From: Podarcis liolepis
Taxonomy: Eukaryota
Length of the DNA: 64,000 nucleotides
Strand: one strand, 5' to 3'
Assembly (NCBI GenBank): GCA_965112155.1
Contig: OZ218098.1
Positions 23,151-36,360 of the stretch are shown here, in pieces; positions within the stretch are counted from its first letter, which is position 1, and every line of letters starts with the position of its first letter. A program made the translations under genes and the position numbers. The notes beneath the pieces are model-generated. The model made no database searches. It saw only the letters and a list, made by a program, of their open reading frames with translations, and was not told the DNA's origin.

Positions 23151-24128
23151 ATCAAAACATGGCTTCAGAAGAGGAAGGAGGTTAATAATAATTAATAATT
23201 TTATTATTTATACCCCACCCGTCTAGCTGGCTTTCCCCAGCACCACCCTCATCACTTTCAAGGGAGCTGGAGCCATACCTTCTCTAAGGGAGGTTTTAAT
23301 CAACTCCATGATCACAAGAGAGAAAGAGAACGAACACATGTAGTAAGCGACACCTCTGAAAGAACTTTGTCCACATCCTCAGGAAACAATGAGGGAAATT
23401 CATCAGAGCAACTGAATGCTTCTGATGATAAGAAATCAAGGACACTTTAGATATAGGAGCTGTAGTCAAAGGCATGCATGTGATGTGAGTAGGTACTTTT
23501 ATCCATGAAATACATCACAGGGTACAACCACAGAATTGTTCCGTACTGTTTCCATGTGGCATCTTAAAGTATGTGGCCGCAAGCATTTTTTAGAAGTGAA
23601 GGAAGGGGAATAGTTCTTGGGTAGCTCTCTCGGCAGGTCAAAAGGAAATATTGATGTTCTCTGTGGGACACGCCTATTGCCTTTATAATGGGTTTTTCTG
23701 GCACTGCAGCAACCTTTTACTGTTTATGCTGACTCCAAGAGAGGCAGGCAGTGCACGTTTAAGTGATAGTACTAGAAGAAGCAGAGGACCACAATAACAG
23801 CCTACGCTGATTTTATTATTATTATTATTATTTTAAAAAACACCACTTTCTACCTGGTGCTGAACTGTGCCATTCTTATGGGCCTCTAAATCATTAATCA
23901 TTAGCACAGAGAGCTGGATCCATTACTACTTTCTTCCTCCTCTCCTTGTAAGTCACCTGCATCCACAAAACTGCATGATACGAAGGGCTCTACTTGTCTG
24001 CTATCCACTGAGACTTGTTTTCTGTGTCAGTTGAAATGGATTGGCAGCAGCTTGCCACTGGAAACTGAGCCAGTGTAAAATGCTTAGCAGAGTAACAGAT
24101 TAAAACACTGACATCTGCACCTCTCCAG

Positions 24129-24250
24129 CGATTCAGGTGAAATCACTCTGAAGATCTGTAATGTGATGCCTCAAGACAGCGGTATTTATACTTGTGTGGC
24201 AACAAATGAGCTTGGAACAGTGTCCACTTCGGCTACAATAAAAGTACAAG
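24129..24250 (+). CDS. KALRN: KALRN exon J (Ig C-part): CDSGEITLKICNVMPQDSGIYTCVATNELGTVSTSATIKVQ
   Basis: cag/gtaatg boundaries, 122 nt, phase 2-1; DSGxYxC motif. Confidence 0.95.
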
Positions 24251-25159
24251 GTAATGGATTTCTTGCTGGATTTTTATATGTTTGCTCAGCCAGAGCTTCC
24301 ATTGGTTTAAATCATGGTGCAATCAGCTTTTGAAATGTTTGGTTTAATGGTACATGGGCCTGTATACCACTTCAAAATGCAGGTGAGGAATCCACACATG
24401 TCAAAACTATCCCTGCCTGTGGAAAGCTGACATGCTCGGTTTTTGCAGACCAGGTTGGTTGTGTATGTGTGTAATATTCAAATGGGTAATTCCTCATTTG
24501 CATTTGAAATACTACATGTACTTTGTGTACTACTTTCTACATGGGAAATATTAAGTACATGGGAAATAACCAGTTCTCCCCTCCACATGCCCCCATCACT
24601 ACAAATTTATCTCTTCCCCTTCTTCGTCTCTCTAACACATATACACACACACAGTTAAAGTGATATAATCCAAGAGGGTGAACACCATACTTCCCTCTAC
24701 CACCCTAAGCATGTATATCAGCTCTCATGCGTACTATTACTTGCAAGAAGAGCTTCGACAACAAAGTAAATTGCCCACAATTTTGGTATATAGCATGGCC
24801 CATTGTCACCAGTGGGTGCTGGCTGGTGATACTTGGATTAGGTTAATTGCAGGTTTTATGGGAGCAAAGACTTAGGAATTAGGGCTACAATTTTGGGAGG
24901 AGTGGAGTTAGCGCCCCTGCCCCAACTATTTCCCCACCTCTCCAATCCACCATTTATCCAGCAGAGTAAAGCATACAAGTACAGGATCAGATTCTAGATC
25001 TCTGGCAGTCTCTAATAGTTGTGTCCTAATACATGTCCATCAGTTCTGCTGTACCCATGATTGCGCTAGGAAACTTTCTCTCTGTGTGTTTTAATAAACC
25101 CTCTTTCGCGTGCTTTGCAATGCAACTCTCCTGATTTTGCTCCCCTGTCTACACCCCAG

Positions 25160-25291
25160 GTGTCCCTGCAGCCCCAAATCGCCCTATTGCTCAGGAAAGA
25201 AGCTGCACCTCAGTGATTCTTCGCTGGCTGCCTCCATCCAGTACAGGGAACTGCACCATTTCAGGTTACACAGTGGAGTACAGAGAAGAAG
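25160..25291 (+). CDS. KALRN: KALRN exon K (FN3 N-part): GVPAAPNRPIAQERSCTSVILRWLPPSSTGNCTISGYTVEYREE
   Basis: cag/gtatat boundaries, 132 nt, phase 1-1; FN3 WxPP and GYxVEY. Confidence 0.95.
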
Positions 25292-25962
25292 GTATATGCT
25301 TAAACTCATAGTACACCTTTGGTCTGCAACTGATTGTAATAGGATGATCCAGCTTGTTGTGCGGAGCTGCTAGGCTGAGCTAATAGGCTTCAGTGCCTTT
25401 TAATTTGGGGTGTTGCCTATGCTGCCTCTTTCTGCTAGGGTTGCCTGGTGCAACTGGGAGGTTGTGAGCAAGTTAGCAGCAGTGGCTTCGCCATTACCTT
25501 TCCCTCCCATCTGCAAGTGGGACAAGTCGTGTCCCATGGCAGGCAGGAGAATACAGGTGAGCAGAACTGGCTCGAGATTTTGGGAGCCCTTAGGTAAGAA
25601 GCCCTAGTGACCTCTTTCCTCCTCCCTGCTACTACCCACTTGCATACTCTCTCTTTCTCTGCCAGCAAGTGAGCAGGCAGTGGCAATTGCTGCTCCTTTC
25701 CTTCACTCCCATGGCTTCTTTGCACTGCCTGCTGTGGGCCAGGGGGAGAGAGCAGGCCAGTGGGTGGCAATGGCAAGAGAAGCAACAGCAGGGCCAGGTT
25801 CTTCTGCTGGTCAGCTGTGGACCTCCAGCTTAACCATGGGCCTCAGAGGATGCAAGTGGAGCAAGGGAGCACCAGTTTTACATGCGGTTGCCATCCTATT
25901 TAAGTGAAAGGTCATGTTCTTTTTAAAAATGTTATCTTAATCTCTCTCTGCATAACCCGTAG

Positions 25963-26127
25963 GCTCACAGGTCTGGCAGCAGTCTGTTGCCTCCACCTTG
26001 GACACCTACCTCGTTATTGAAGATCTCACACCTGGATGCCAATATCAGTTCCGAGTCAGCGCCAGCAACCCCTGGGGAATCAGTTTGCCCAGCGAAGCCT
26101 CTGAGTTTGTGAAACTTCCAGAATACG
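25963..26127 (+). CDS. KALRN: KALRN exon L (FN3 C-part): GSQVWQQSVASTLDTYLVIEDLTPGCQYQFRVSASNPWGISLPSE...PEY
   Basis: tag/gtgaga boundaries, 165 nt; LxPGxxYxFRVxA FN3 motif. Confidence 0.95.
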
Positions 26128-26521
26128 GTGAGAACTTGGTCAAAAAGGGAAGGATACTAATTTTCAGAGGGAATAATATTAGAGCTGGTTGGTCTGCTTC
26201 CAAAGCTAAAGTTTGTGTGATTTTCAAGCTTCTTGTTGGCATTTATAGTCAACTATAGATATCTGAGGGCAACATATATATGATTGTGTCTTTTCTGATC
26301 AGCACACATGTATTTAGATCAGCTCTTTTGTTTTGTTTTGCTTTCAAAGCGTAATCTTTAGGATCCGGGTGCACACTCGGTGGCATGCTGTCTGCTTGCT
26401 TGTCAAGGCTCTCGCATGATTTTCTTTCTTTAAACTTCTCCCTTTGTATTACTGATGTGTAATAAAGACTATAATTGGCATTGCAACCAACTCTATTTCC
26501 CCATCCCTTTGGGTTTCACAG

Positions 26522-26600
26522 ACTCTGCAGCAGATGGAGCCACCGTGACCTGGAAAGAGAACTTTGATTTCGCCTACACAGAACTGAATGAGATTGGAAG
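26522..26600 (+). CDS. KALRN: KALRN exon M: DSAADGATVTWKENFDFAYTELNEIGR
   Basis: cag/gtgaat boundaries, 79 nt, phase 1-2; start of the kinase domain. Confidence 0.93.
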
Positions 26601-26749
26601 GTGAATTATTTCACTAAATGAGATTGGAATCAATTATTTCACTAAAACACACAATCCAGGTGTTAAAAGTGTTTCTTTTAAGTTATCTGTTAAGGCAGTG
26701 GGTGCATGATTTATGAATGAATAATGCTTATTATCATTTCTCTCCACAG

Positions 26750-26950
26750 GGGTCGATTTGCTGTTGTAAAGAAATGTATCCACAAAGCCACCAGGAAGGA
26801 TGTTGCAGTGAAGTTCATCAATAAAAAAATGAAGAAGGAAGAGCAGGCAGCACATGAGGCAGCCATGTTGCAACATTTGCAGCATCCTCAGTATATCACT
26901 ATTCATGACACCTATGAGTCACCTTCCTCCTATATATTAATTTTAGAACT
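26750..26950 (+). CDS. KALRN: KALRN exon N (kinase N-lobe): GRFAVVKKCIHKATRKDVAVKF...ILILEL
   Basis: cag/gtaagt boundaries, 201 nt; Gly-loop and VAVK. Confidence 0.96.
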
Positions 26951-27359
26951 GTAAGTCTCTTGATGGAAGCTAAGCTTCTTGTTTGTTATACTGAGGGAAT
27001 CCTCCATCTTTGCAATCACACATTTCATGATTGTAATGAAAATGATTTCATTTCCCCATGAAAAGAGCAATATTTCAGATGACTGTGAGTGTCACATTCA
27101 CACAATCCAGTATGTGCATTGGCCGGGGTGGGGGTGGGCATAATAAGTCAGTGTGAAATAGCATGCACTTAAATAAAGAGTCCTATACTGTATTTAAAAT
27201 GAGATAGCCCTTATTACACTGCAATATATAAGTATTTTATTTATTGCTTTTAAAAAATGCCACTTCCATTATAAGGTGCTAGTCGCATGTTTGAAGTATT
27301 AGCAAGAGTTTGTGATTATGCTAGATTTCTTTTCACAGTGCATAATTGTTGGCTTTTAG

Positions 27360-27498
27360 GATGGATGATGGCCGTCTCTTGGACTACTTAATGAATCATG
27401 ATGAATTGATGGAGGAGAAAGTAGCTTTTTACATAAGAGACACAATGGAAGCCTTACAGTACCTTCACAACTGCCGAGTCGCTCATTTGGATATAAAG
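27360..27498 (+). CDS. KALRN: KALRN exon O (kinase): MDDGRLLDYLMNHDELMEEKVAFYIRD...VAHLDIK
   Basis: tag/gtagga boundaries, 139 nt, phase 2-0; HLDIK catalytic loop. Confidence 0.96.
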
Positions 27499-29062
27499 GT
27501 AGGAAGCTTGTGTATATCGCTATCTGTCATGGTGAATTCCAAGCTTCAGTCTATTCTAAATTCAGGTGAATCTACCTATAATGAAAACACTTAGTGACTA
27601 CTTTGTGTTACTAATCTGTCCTTCTTTTAGCTACTTCATTATAGCCATATTTGTGACTCATGAAGGCATCTGGTCCAATTTTTTTTTAAAAATTCCAAGC
27701 AGTTCTGAGAATTCACTTACATGATGTCATTTTTTCTGTTTTAATATATTGTCATTAACAAATGACATATAACCAGTGCTTTTTTTTCTTGAAAAAAAAA
27801 CCTTTAGGGGTACCCTCATTTTGACTCAAGAAAATCACCATTTTATAGTTCAAATTGGGAAAAATAAATACAGTAAAGTACAAAACTTCACAAAATGTTT
27901 AGGGGTATGCATACCCCTGCGTACCCTCAGAAAAAAAGAACTGCGTATAACTCACATACAGTACATCTTCAATGTTCTCCCACAAAGATCCCACATGCCA
28001 GTTCTTTCCTTCCTTTCACACAAAAGCTCCTTGTTGAAAAATGTGTAATTGGGGGTGTGGGTGTGGAGGGGGGGTGATGAGATCTCATTTCATTTATCCA
28101 CATAACTTTGCTTATACCTTGACAGAGATGTAAACATTGAGCTAATTTATATGTTGCATATATGAAGCTTAAATCCTTCCTCGACTGGCTCAGAATGTTG
28201 TGAAAGATGGATACTTCATCAACATATGCACATGGAATAAGCAGTGCAACAGAGGCTTATTATTGATTTTGGTGAAATGGCCTGAGTAACCAGACTGTCC
28301 ACGTGTCTGCACTGCTACTCAAAACATACACAATGTTGGCTTATAGCAGTTTTGTTGCCTTTTCTGCTTAATTGGGTTTTTTCTCAAGCTGCACCTCAGA
28401 CATGAACTTATATCTACATAAATCTAAGATGTAAAATATTTTCTGTAAGCTTGTACCTGATGCTTGCCATTCACCCACCTCTACCTAGTGAGCATTTGTG
28501 GCCCGTACATCTTACAGGCTGGCCTCCTGTAGTGCCTTTTGTTTTAAGCATCACTGTACTCCAATGTAGACAAGTTTCAAAATGTCTCTATCCTTCAGCT
28601 CGTATCCATTGAAACCTTTCACTCAAGTTTGTGCATTGTGCATGGTGCTTTGCTGGGTGGTCAATCTAATTTTATAATTAAGGCTGCAATCCTCTATACA
28701 TGAAAGTAAGGCCTATTGAACACAGTGGAACTTACTTCTGAGCAAATATTCATTGAAATGCTCTCCAAGTACCAAAATGTAAAGCCTCCAAACTAGCCGA
28801 GCAAATACTTATGGTACTTCACTTGGGACATATGTGTGTGCTGAAGAAGTGCCAGCACATACATTGTTGGTACATTTTTTTCCTTAACAGGAAAAGCAAA
28901 AGAATGTATGATCTGAAGGACCACAGGAACCACATATACACTGCCTTGGGTTCTGTGGTGGAGGGCAGGCAGGCTATAAATGTGATAAATGTTGACTTGA
29001 ACAGATTTATAATACAAAAGCAATGAACAATGGAACCGTTTTTTTATCCTTGCTCTCCGCAG

Positions 29063-29608
29063 CCAGAAAATTTGCTCATTGACTTGCGGATCCCGGTGCC
29101 TCGCGTCAAGCTAATAGACCTGGAAGATGCTGTTCAAATCACTGGCCATTACCATGTTCATCATCTCCTTGGGAACCCTGAATTTGCTGCTCCAGAAGTT
29201 ATCCAAGGTGCTCCTGTTTCACTGGGCACAGATATTTGGAGCCTGGGTGTGCTCACCTATGTCATGCTGAGTGGTGTGTCCCCCTTTCTGGATGAAAGCA
29301 GGGAGGAGACTTGCATCAATGTGTGCCGAGTGGACTTCAGCTTTCCCAATGAGTACTTCTGTGATGTAAGCCATGCTGCCAGAGACTTCATCACTGTCAT
29401 CCTTCAGGAAGACTTCAGGAGGAGGCCAACAGCAGCCACTTGTCTGCAGCACCCTTGGCTACAGTTTCACAACGGCAGCTATTCCAAAATCCCACTGGAT
29501 ACCTCACGCCTATCTAGCTTCATTGAACGCCGCAAACACCAGTTTGATGTGCGGCCAATTCCCAATGTTAAGAGTTTCATAATGAGCAGGATGAACCCAG
29601 GAATATAA
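29063..29608 (+). CDS. KALRN: KALRN last coding exon (kinase C-lobe to stop): PENLLIDLRIPVPRVKLIDLEDA...MNPGI*
   Basis: cag acceptor ending at 29062; GNPEFAAPE and DIWSLG motifs; TAA 29606-08; DLE (not DFG) distinguishes kalirin from Trio. Confidence 0.97.
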   Translation, partial: PENLLIDLRIPVPRVKLIDLEDAVQITGHYHVHHLLGNPEFAAPEVIQGAPVSLGTDIWSLGVLTYVMLSGVSPFLDESREETCINVCRVDFSFPNEYFCDVSHAARDFITVILQEDFRRRPTAATCLQHPWLQFHNGSYSKIPLDTSRLSSFIERRKHQFDVRPIPNVKSFIMSRMNPGI

Positions 29609-32600
29609 TGCAATACAAGTACCTTGAGATGACACTGAAGCACCGTGGCGTGTGAAAAGAGAGAAGGTGGAATCTCTCTCTTTATGTCTGTGTAAAGTAT
29701 TCTAGTTGATGTGATGTCAAAGAAAGTGTATGTACTTTTCCAGCAGTTGCATTATCTAACTGGTTAGAACTAGAGGCTTTCAGATGTTGCATATGCAACT
29801 CCTCGTGTGGCTTATCTTGCAATGATGAAGTCATGTCAAATACTGAAGAATATTTTAGAAAACGACATCATTTGAAAATGGTAACCAAAACACCATTGCC
29901 TTACTTTTGAAAGGCAGCCTTCTAAAAGACCTCGACACCCTTGCTGATCTTATTAAACTTTAACTCATGTATTTGAAAGGCAACAGAAAGTAAAGAAATA
30001 AAACTAGGCTGACCCTCCACAGTCAGCATTTCCTGAAACAACACTGGACTGGATTCGAAATTTTGCAGAAATAGTTGCTCCTCAAGTCCTAATGAAGCTC
30101 TGTTTCACTAGGAGAATTCCACTTGTCTTCAATAAGAATTAACCTTGTGGCAGAATTGTTTTTTTAGCCCTTGTGCTATCATAATGTCAGCTTTGCCTGT
30201 AAAGTGACTTAGGTATGCCGTATTGGTCAGGATCATAGTATACCTTTGTCAAAAGTCCTTTGGATTCTCCAGCATTCACATGTTCAAAGCTAACATACTG
30301 TAAAGTAGCAATGTGCTACGGCTAAGATGGTAAATTCACTGGAACAAAAAATGTTTTGATGAAGCACAATGAGACATTTTTTAAAGTAAATTTTTATAGC
30401 TCTTGTACAGACTTTTTTGTGAAACCTGTGTGTTGAGAAAAGGCTATGTTACAATAATTACTGTTATCTGTAAACTAGATGTCAAAGACTTTTTCTATTG
30501 CAGAATGTTTGTTGAATTCTCATATAGTCTGTAAAATGAAAAGGAATCTTATTCCTTTTTCAGTTTTAAAAGTTGATCAGTTGTGAAATCAATCCAAAGT
30601 TGGCCAAAGTGTGGTAAACATAGTGGGTCCATCCTTACAATTATTGCTTCAAAATTAGTCTTGATGTGTGAGACTGGTAGTTTACTGCATATTTGTACAC
30701 ATGCATCTCTCTCCCTAGCTCCAGAATCTTAACTTCTATGCTAGCATATTTGTTCCATCCCAAACTCTGGTGTTAAATAACAATTCAAAAAAGACTATTA
30801 ATATTAAAAGTAATGGTCCATTATTGTGCACTAAACACGCCACTAACTTAATAGCCCCTTATAAATCATCAAAGTATTATCAAACTAAGAAGCTTTTGAA
30901 TAATAGTTCCAAATTGCAGTTATCTCAAATTAATATTGTAAGAACTAGTCCAGCTTTTTACACCAAGAGCAATTTAGTGCCAAGACAGTGACTGACCATA
31001 TCCTAATCATTTAGAAATCAATCAGCAATTCAGTATTTTACCATTTTTCCTTTCTCTTGCCCACAACACCAAATAGATCAAATCAGGAGCTGTAAGTGTT
31101 CTTACTACAGTGAGAGTAATAAGAAAGGTGGTGAACACACTGATGTCTGGTGAACCAAGAAACAAGCCAACAAATCAGTACAGAAAAGGAGAAAGGTACT
31201 TGACTTAGATTTTCTGGCTAGAAAATGTGGTTCAACAAAGCAGAGGGCCTTTCCATAGGGAAAGAAGCTGATGTCCTTTAACTTTTCAATGAAGTGTTTT
31301 TTTCCTGCTATTTTTTAATCAAGAGGTTTGTTATACTATGAACATCAATGCAGTGATCATCCAACCCACTGTTATAATAAGGAATGTGGGGATAGGATCA
31401 ACTCTTGAGGTTCCTTTTAGTTGCTACAATTTCCTCAAGGCACTGACAATCATCCAGAGGCGGAGCATATCGGCTCAGGTATAAACAACGGCCAAGATCC
31501 AGCCCAAGTTACCCATGGCAGAATCCCACTGTAATCAATGGAAGATATTAGTCACAACTAAGTAGTCCCAGTAGCTTCAGTGTGACCTAGGCTAGCTACA
31601 ATCCTATGCATACTTAATGGAAAGCTGGTTCCGCTGAACACAGTGGGTACTTCCTTCTGAGCATGGGCAGCCCAAAACATGTTGATGTCAGAGGCAAAGG
31701 GACAAGATGGTGTCTTTCCCCATTCTATGTACAAAAGCCAAGGAGACTTTAGCTCTGTTGATGGGGCAGCATCCTCCACTGCACCTGAGTGCCGTGAGCT
31801 AGTTCAGGGATGCATTACAGGCCATGCGACACAAAGGCTTTCAGCATCTGCGCAAGGCGGCTTCTTCATGTTACACAATAACAATTGAGCCAACGCTGCT
31901 TCTGAATAAACATACGTAACATAGTGAAACCAGACTGCATGTCATGGATCACTTCACTGGAACCAAGGGCAACCTCAGTAAAGCATCACAACTTTTAGAT
32001 ATGATAAAAGAAACAGATGTGGATCTTTGCCACATCACCTTGTTCTTTGCAGCTGCAGTAGCCGCGTCAAAAATGCCTACCTACTTTCTAGTTCTGTTCT
32101 TCTACATATACGTGGAAGAGTGACTGTCAAAATGTGTACCTACTTTTGGTTCTTTTATTTGTGATTCTGGGGAAATGCAAAAGAGATTACTTAAGCATCC
32201 TTGAAGAACAAACCTCTATGGTACATTAAAATCCCTATGGAATAATCACCTATGGGGGGGGGAATACCTGAATCTGTGACAAGCAAATAGGCAGGCACTG
32301 ACTGCTGTTTTATCATGAAGTCTTGAGAGTTGTTTTCTCAGGCATAAAGCAGTTTTTGCTTCAAAGGGCTTTGTAATGTGAATGTAAAATCTACATTGAA
32401 CCAGAATACCATGCATGTCTTACCTTCTGCAGCAACATCAATAACATCCAAGAGGCTCAAAGGTCATTTAGGCATTATGTGTGACAATTCTTGGAATCTT
32501 GCTTTTAATCTTTTGTAACAAAGCAACTTAAGACTGGCTGCATATCTCTGTGTTCATGTGTGCCCTTCATCCTCTGCTGATTTTGTTGGATATGTCATCT

Positions 32601-33600
32601 GCAGCCGGTAGTTGTATGCAACAAAGTGTGACTAGCCACGGTTTGGGACCATTGGATTGTAACTAGGAATTGCTAGACACAACTTAGTTCTCAGATGAAT
32701 ATCTGTGTGCCATTGCATGGAAGACATCTTTCCTATCCATTTGTAGAAGAAAATCCTCCACAGGGCTCTGGTTTCTCCCCAAAGCTGATTGTTTATGGAC
32801 TGACACATCAGAAAATGGTGCTTTCCTAAGAGAATAAATGTCAGATCCCTTTTTTTTTGGCTCCCCAAGCTGGTTATACAATTACTGTCCAATATCAAAC
32901 TGCTTCTAGAATCGTTATACTAGTGACTGTTAACATGCCAGGATTCTGTAATTTCTCAGCTTATACTCTGAAGCTAGTAGTAACAAACATCTGTTCTACT
33001 TAAGCCATATCTTATCCTTATGCTCTCTTTTCCAGTGCTGGTGCTTTTGCATCTTTCTGTCAAACCATTCGAGTCTGCTTTTGCTAGCATGTCACTTCAA
33101 CAGTATACTACTGAAAATAAGGTCAGACATGTAAAGGGCACAGCAGACTACTAAAAATACACTTTTAAAAATATTTGCAACAATCATTTCTGTGGTGGTG
33201 GTAGGGATTGTATTAAGAGCTTAAAAAATTTCAAGGTGCAAATGAATTCCACAGCCTTAATCATTTTCAGTCTTTTGCTGGTCTGCCTTAAGTGTTATCT
33301 CATTATTTTATTATTGATTTTGTTTTGTATGCATATGTTTTCTAAAACATTTTGTAAATATTTTATTTATACTTCTGATTCTTCATGTGTAATGTTGTAA
33401 AGTGATTTCCTGCTGTCACATGTTCTTACTCTTCTGCAGTATATATAAATATATATGTTATCTACAGATGATGAAATCTACATTTTAGGCTATTGCCTTC
33501 CTTATAAATACAATATACAAAAGATTCAAGTATGGGATTTTTATTTTTTAATATAAAAGCAATTCTGCTGATAAAATCAATTAAGACGGATTTTATAAAG
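29609..33600 (+). other. KALRN: KALRN long 3'UTR (end approximate)
   Basis: Repeat-poor AU-rich sequence; AATAAA at 29997, 31905 and 32833; PUM element TGTAAATA at 33353-60; the true polyA site cannot be determined from sequence. Confidence 0.55.
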
Positions 33601-34329
33601 ACAAGCTTTTATTTTGACTTATATGGGGAGAGAACACAGAAGAAATTGTGAGAGCTGCCTGCCATGTAAAGGCATTAGAGTGCAACTGAAAAGGGGGGGG
33701 GTGCTTAATGAAAATCTGTTATCTATACTACTTTTCTTCCCTTAAAAATAGGATTTATGATTTCTGACATATGTGCTTTAAGACTGTAATATGAACCTTG
33801 AAATAATGAGAATTGATTAGCTCTACTGTGCTCGGGCAAATTCGATTTTGACATTGCTAACACTACCTTTTAAAAAAATATAAAATTTGCTGCATGACGC
33901 ACACCAAAAACGGTTAATTTCCACTGGTCTATGTTGATCAGGTTACTCACTGCTAAAGGTGGTAGTGTGTGACCCCGAACTTTTAGCAAAGCCTAATGAT
34001 TAAACGTCCACAACAGAGGACGTCCTTAATGTGAGCAATGCCCGAGTTCTTACGAAGCGAGTAAACCCGAACGTGCTATACGACCCTGAAGGCAGTTATT
34101 GGCTCCCAGGGGGGTGCGGCTGAAAATAAATAAATAAATAAAAATAACTGAACTGAACTAACCAATTGCGTCACAGATAACTCGGTTCTGCCCCCTTCCC
34201 CAATAATTCCTGGCTACGGCCATGCTCCCAGGTCCTTATTTGCACAAATGTTCGAAACACATCTCAATCGGGAAAACCTGTAGTCCTTTCTTTAAAAAAA
34301 AAGTTCTCCATCCCTGAGAAGCCCAAAGC

Positions 34330-35540
34330 TTCTCTTTCAAAATGGACCCTATTCAGTATTCTTCCGACGCAGATGTTGCTTCCAGTGCCATTGTCGTCCC
34401 TCCATCCATCCTAGTGCTGCACTCCGAGGGATTTTTCCTTTGGCGATGGAGTTTTTATTCGGCTTTTGGGCGCACAGGCGGCGCCCCCACTGCGAGCGCA
34501 TGGCCCTCTTCTCGTACTCCCATAAATTAAATGTACTCACCGCTTTCCCCCTCAAACGTTCCAAGGCATGGGCGTAGCTAAGGGGGGCAGCTGCCTCCCT
34601 AGATCAAGTAAAACAATAGAAATAACAAACTGACCAATCACGTCGGTCCTACCCCCCCCAACATTAATCCTGTCTACGCCCATCATCTCCTGGGTAGCTC
34701 TATTCTGGAGACCGGGGTGGGGGTGGGGTCGCCGCTTTGTGCCTCCACACCAGTGTCTGCTAGATGATGTCCACACGCGTTCACCCGTACACACGTGCAC
34801 CAGAATATGCGTGTAGTAGTAGCACAAGCAACTGCAAAACAAGCCTCCCTGCCTTCTCCGCTCCTAGGAGCGGAGCATATACAACCTTCACTCCTCCTCC
34901 AGTACCAATTGCAGCCTCTTCTTTCCAAGCAAATAGCGCCGGCCAGGATGCAAGAGAAACCCGGGTGCCACTAATGCAGTAGTAGGTCTGGTTGGGTAAC
35001 GAGAGTAGTCACCCCTAGCGCGCATGTGCACGTGGCGCCCCGTAAGGAATCGTCTCGTTTCCTAGCGACGGAGGAGGGTTGCCCCGCCCCGCCTTCCCTT
35101 GCGTCATTACTCGGCGACTGACCCAGCGCGCGCTGTTCTCCGTACGTGCGCGCGAGAGCCTCGAAGGATGGAAGCGTTAGCCTCGGAGCTGTACGGCGTG
35201 CAGGCGGTGCGCTTCGGCGAGTTCGTGCTCAAGAGCGGCCTCGTCTCCCCGGCCTATGTCGACCTGCGCGTCATCGTGTCGCACCCGGCCCTGCTCAACA
35301 AGGTGAGCCCCACGGGCGGGCGGGCGGGAACGGGGCGCGCGTGAGGAAGGGAGGCGGGGCCGAGGCAGTTGGAGGAGGGAGGCCGAGAGACCAGCGCCTC
35401 ATGTTTCTATTGCAGCTGGGGGTCATTATAAGCACCGCTGGTCCTGACTGGGGTTTGCCGGTTTGTCTCTCCTCTCCTTGTTTCCCCCCTCCTCTTGGGG
35501 GAAAAGGGTTTACAAGGGTGCAAGCGGGGGGGGGGGCGGC
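34330..35540 (+). promoter_or_regulatory. UMPS: CpG island / TATA-less UMPS promoter
   Basis: Sharp CpG enrichment; E-boxes CACGTG at 34792-97 and 35029-34; NRF1-like GCGCGCATGTGC at ~35018; RFX-like GTTTCCTAGCGAC at 35057-69; GC boxes at 35081-93; TGCGTCA at 35100-06. Confidence 0.85.
35168..35302 (+). CDS. UMPS: UMPS exon 1: [45 protein letters not shown]
   Basis: Strong Kozak context aggATGg, gtgagc donor; FGxFxLKSG OPRTase motif. Confidence 0.95.
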
Positions 35541-36360
35541 AGCTTGCTGCTATCGAATTTATGTCAGCTTCTCTGTGAGCCTTTTCAGCAGGACAAAAAC
35601 GCTTTAATGCCTCTTCTAATTTAGTGCCCTCGATACTAATGGACAACAGCTGTCATCACCTCCGGCCCTAACCATGTTGACTGGGACTGAGGGGAGTTGG
35701 AGGTCAGCCATGCCTGGAGATTTGGAAAGCCTGTTTTAAACAAGCAAACAAACATGGCAAGAGTGTTAGAAGAGTCAGAAAGGGACCACGAGGGTCATCT
35801 AGTTGCTGGGGAAGAGGGCGGCTGTCAAAGATGATACAATCCTGCCAGCTAGTAGTACTCCTGGAACCATGTTGGGGTGGGTTTTTCCCTCATTCATAAT
35901 TGTCTGTAGTGGAAGGTGAGGTAGAGGGATATGGATGGAAGAAGGGCACAAAGAGATAAGAACATTGATTTGTCTTGTCAGCATTGTTGCAAATGATACC
36001 CTTCTCAGAACTTGATAGCATAGCTGATCATTTGTGCCATATTCAACCAAATAGTTGTGCTAGTGGAACCCAACACAAGGATTCCCACTAATGCAACAGA
36101 GATCACACAACTACATGATTCTTCCAAGGAAATAAATAAGCCATCACTGCTTGTTGCTCTTCAACCTATATGCAAAGAACACAAGCATAATTAGGTGATG
36201 AAGTAAGCACCATGTGAAGAAATAAAATCCATATGATCTTTGGTGCTTATGGCTTCACTTTCTGGTGATTCTTTGTGGACTCTCCTTATTTTATTGACAA
36301 TGTATTAATGTTTGGTTATAATGGTAGAACCTATTTTATATTTAAAACAATTTCTTTCAG

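Noticed and set aside
34567-34684. MITE with CATGGGCGTAG...CTACGCCCAT termini in the promoter flank
   Set aside because: Inverted ends are visible but there is no TSD; too uncertain to classify
35099-35607. ORFs of 81 and 153 aa at the UMPS start
   Set aside because: Non-ATG starts in a GC-rich island that run into intron 1; the real start is the ATG at 35168
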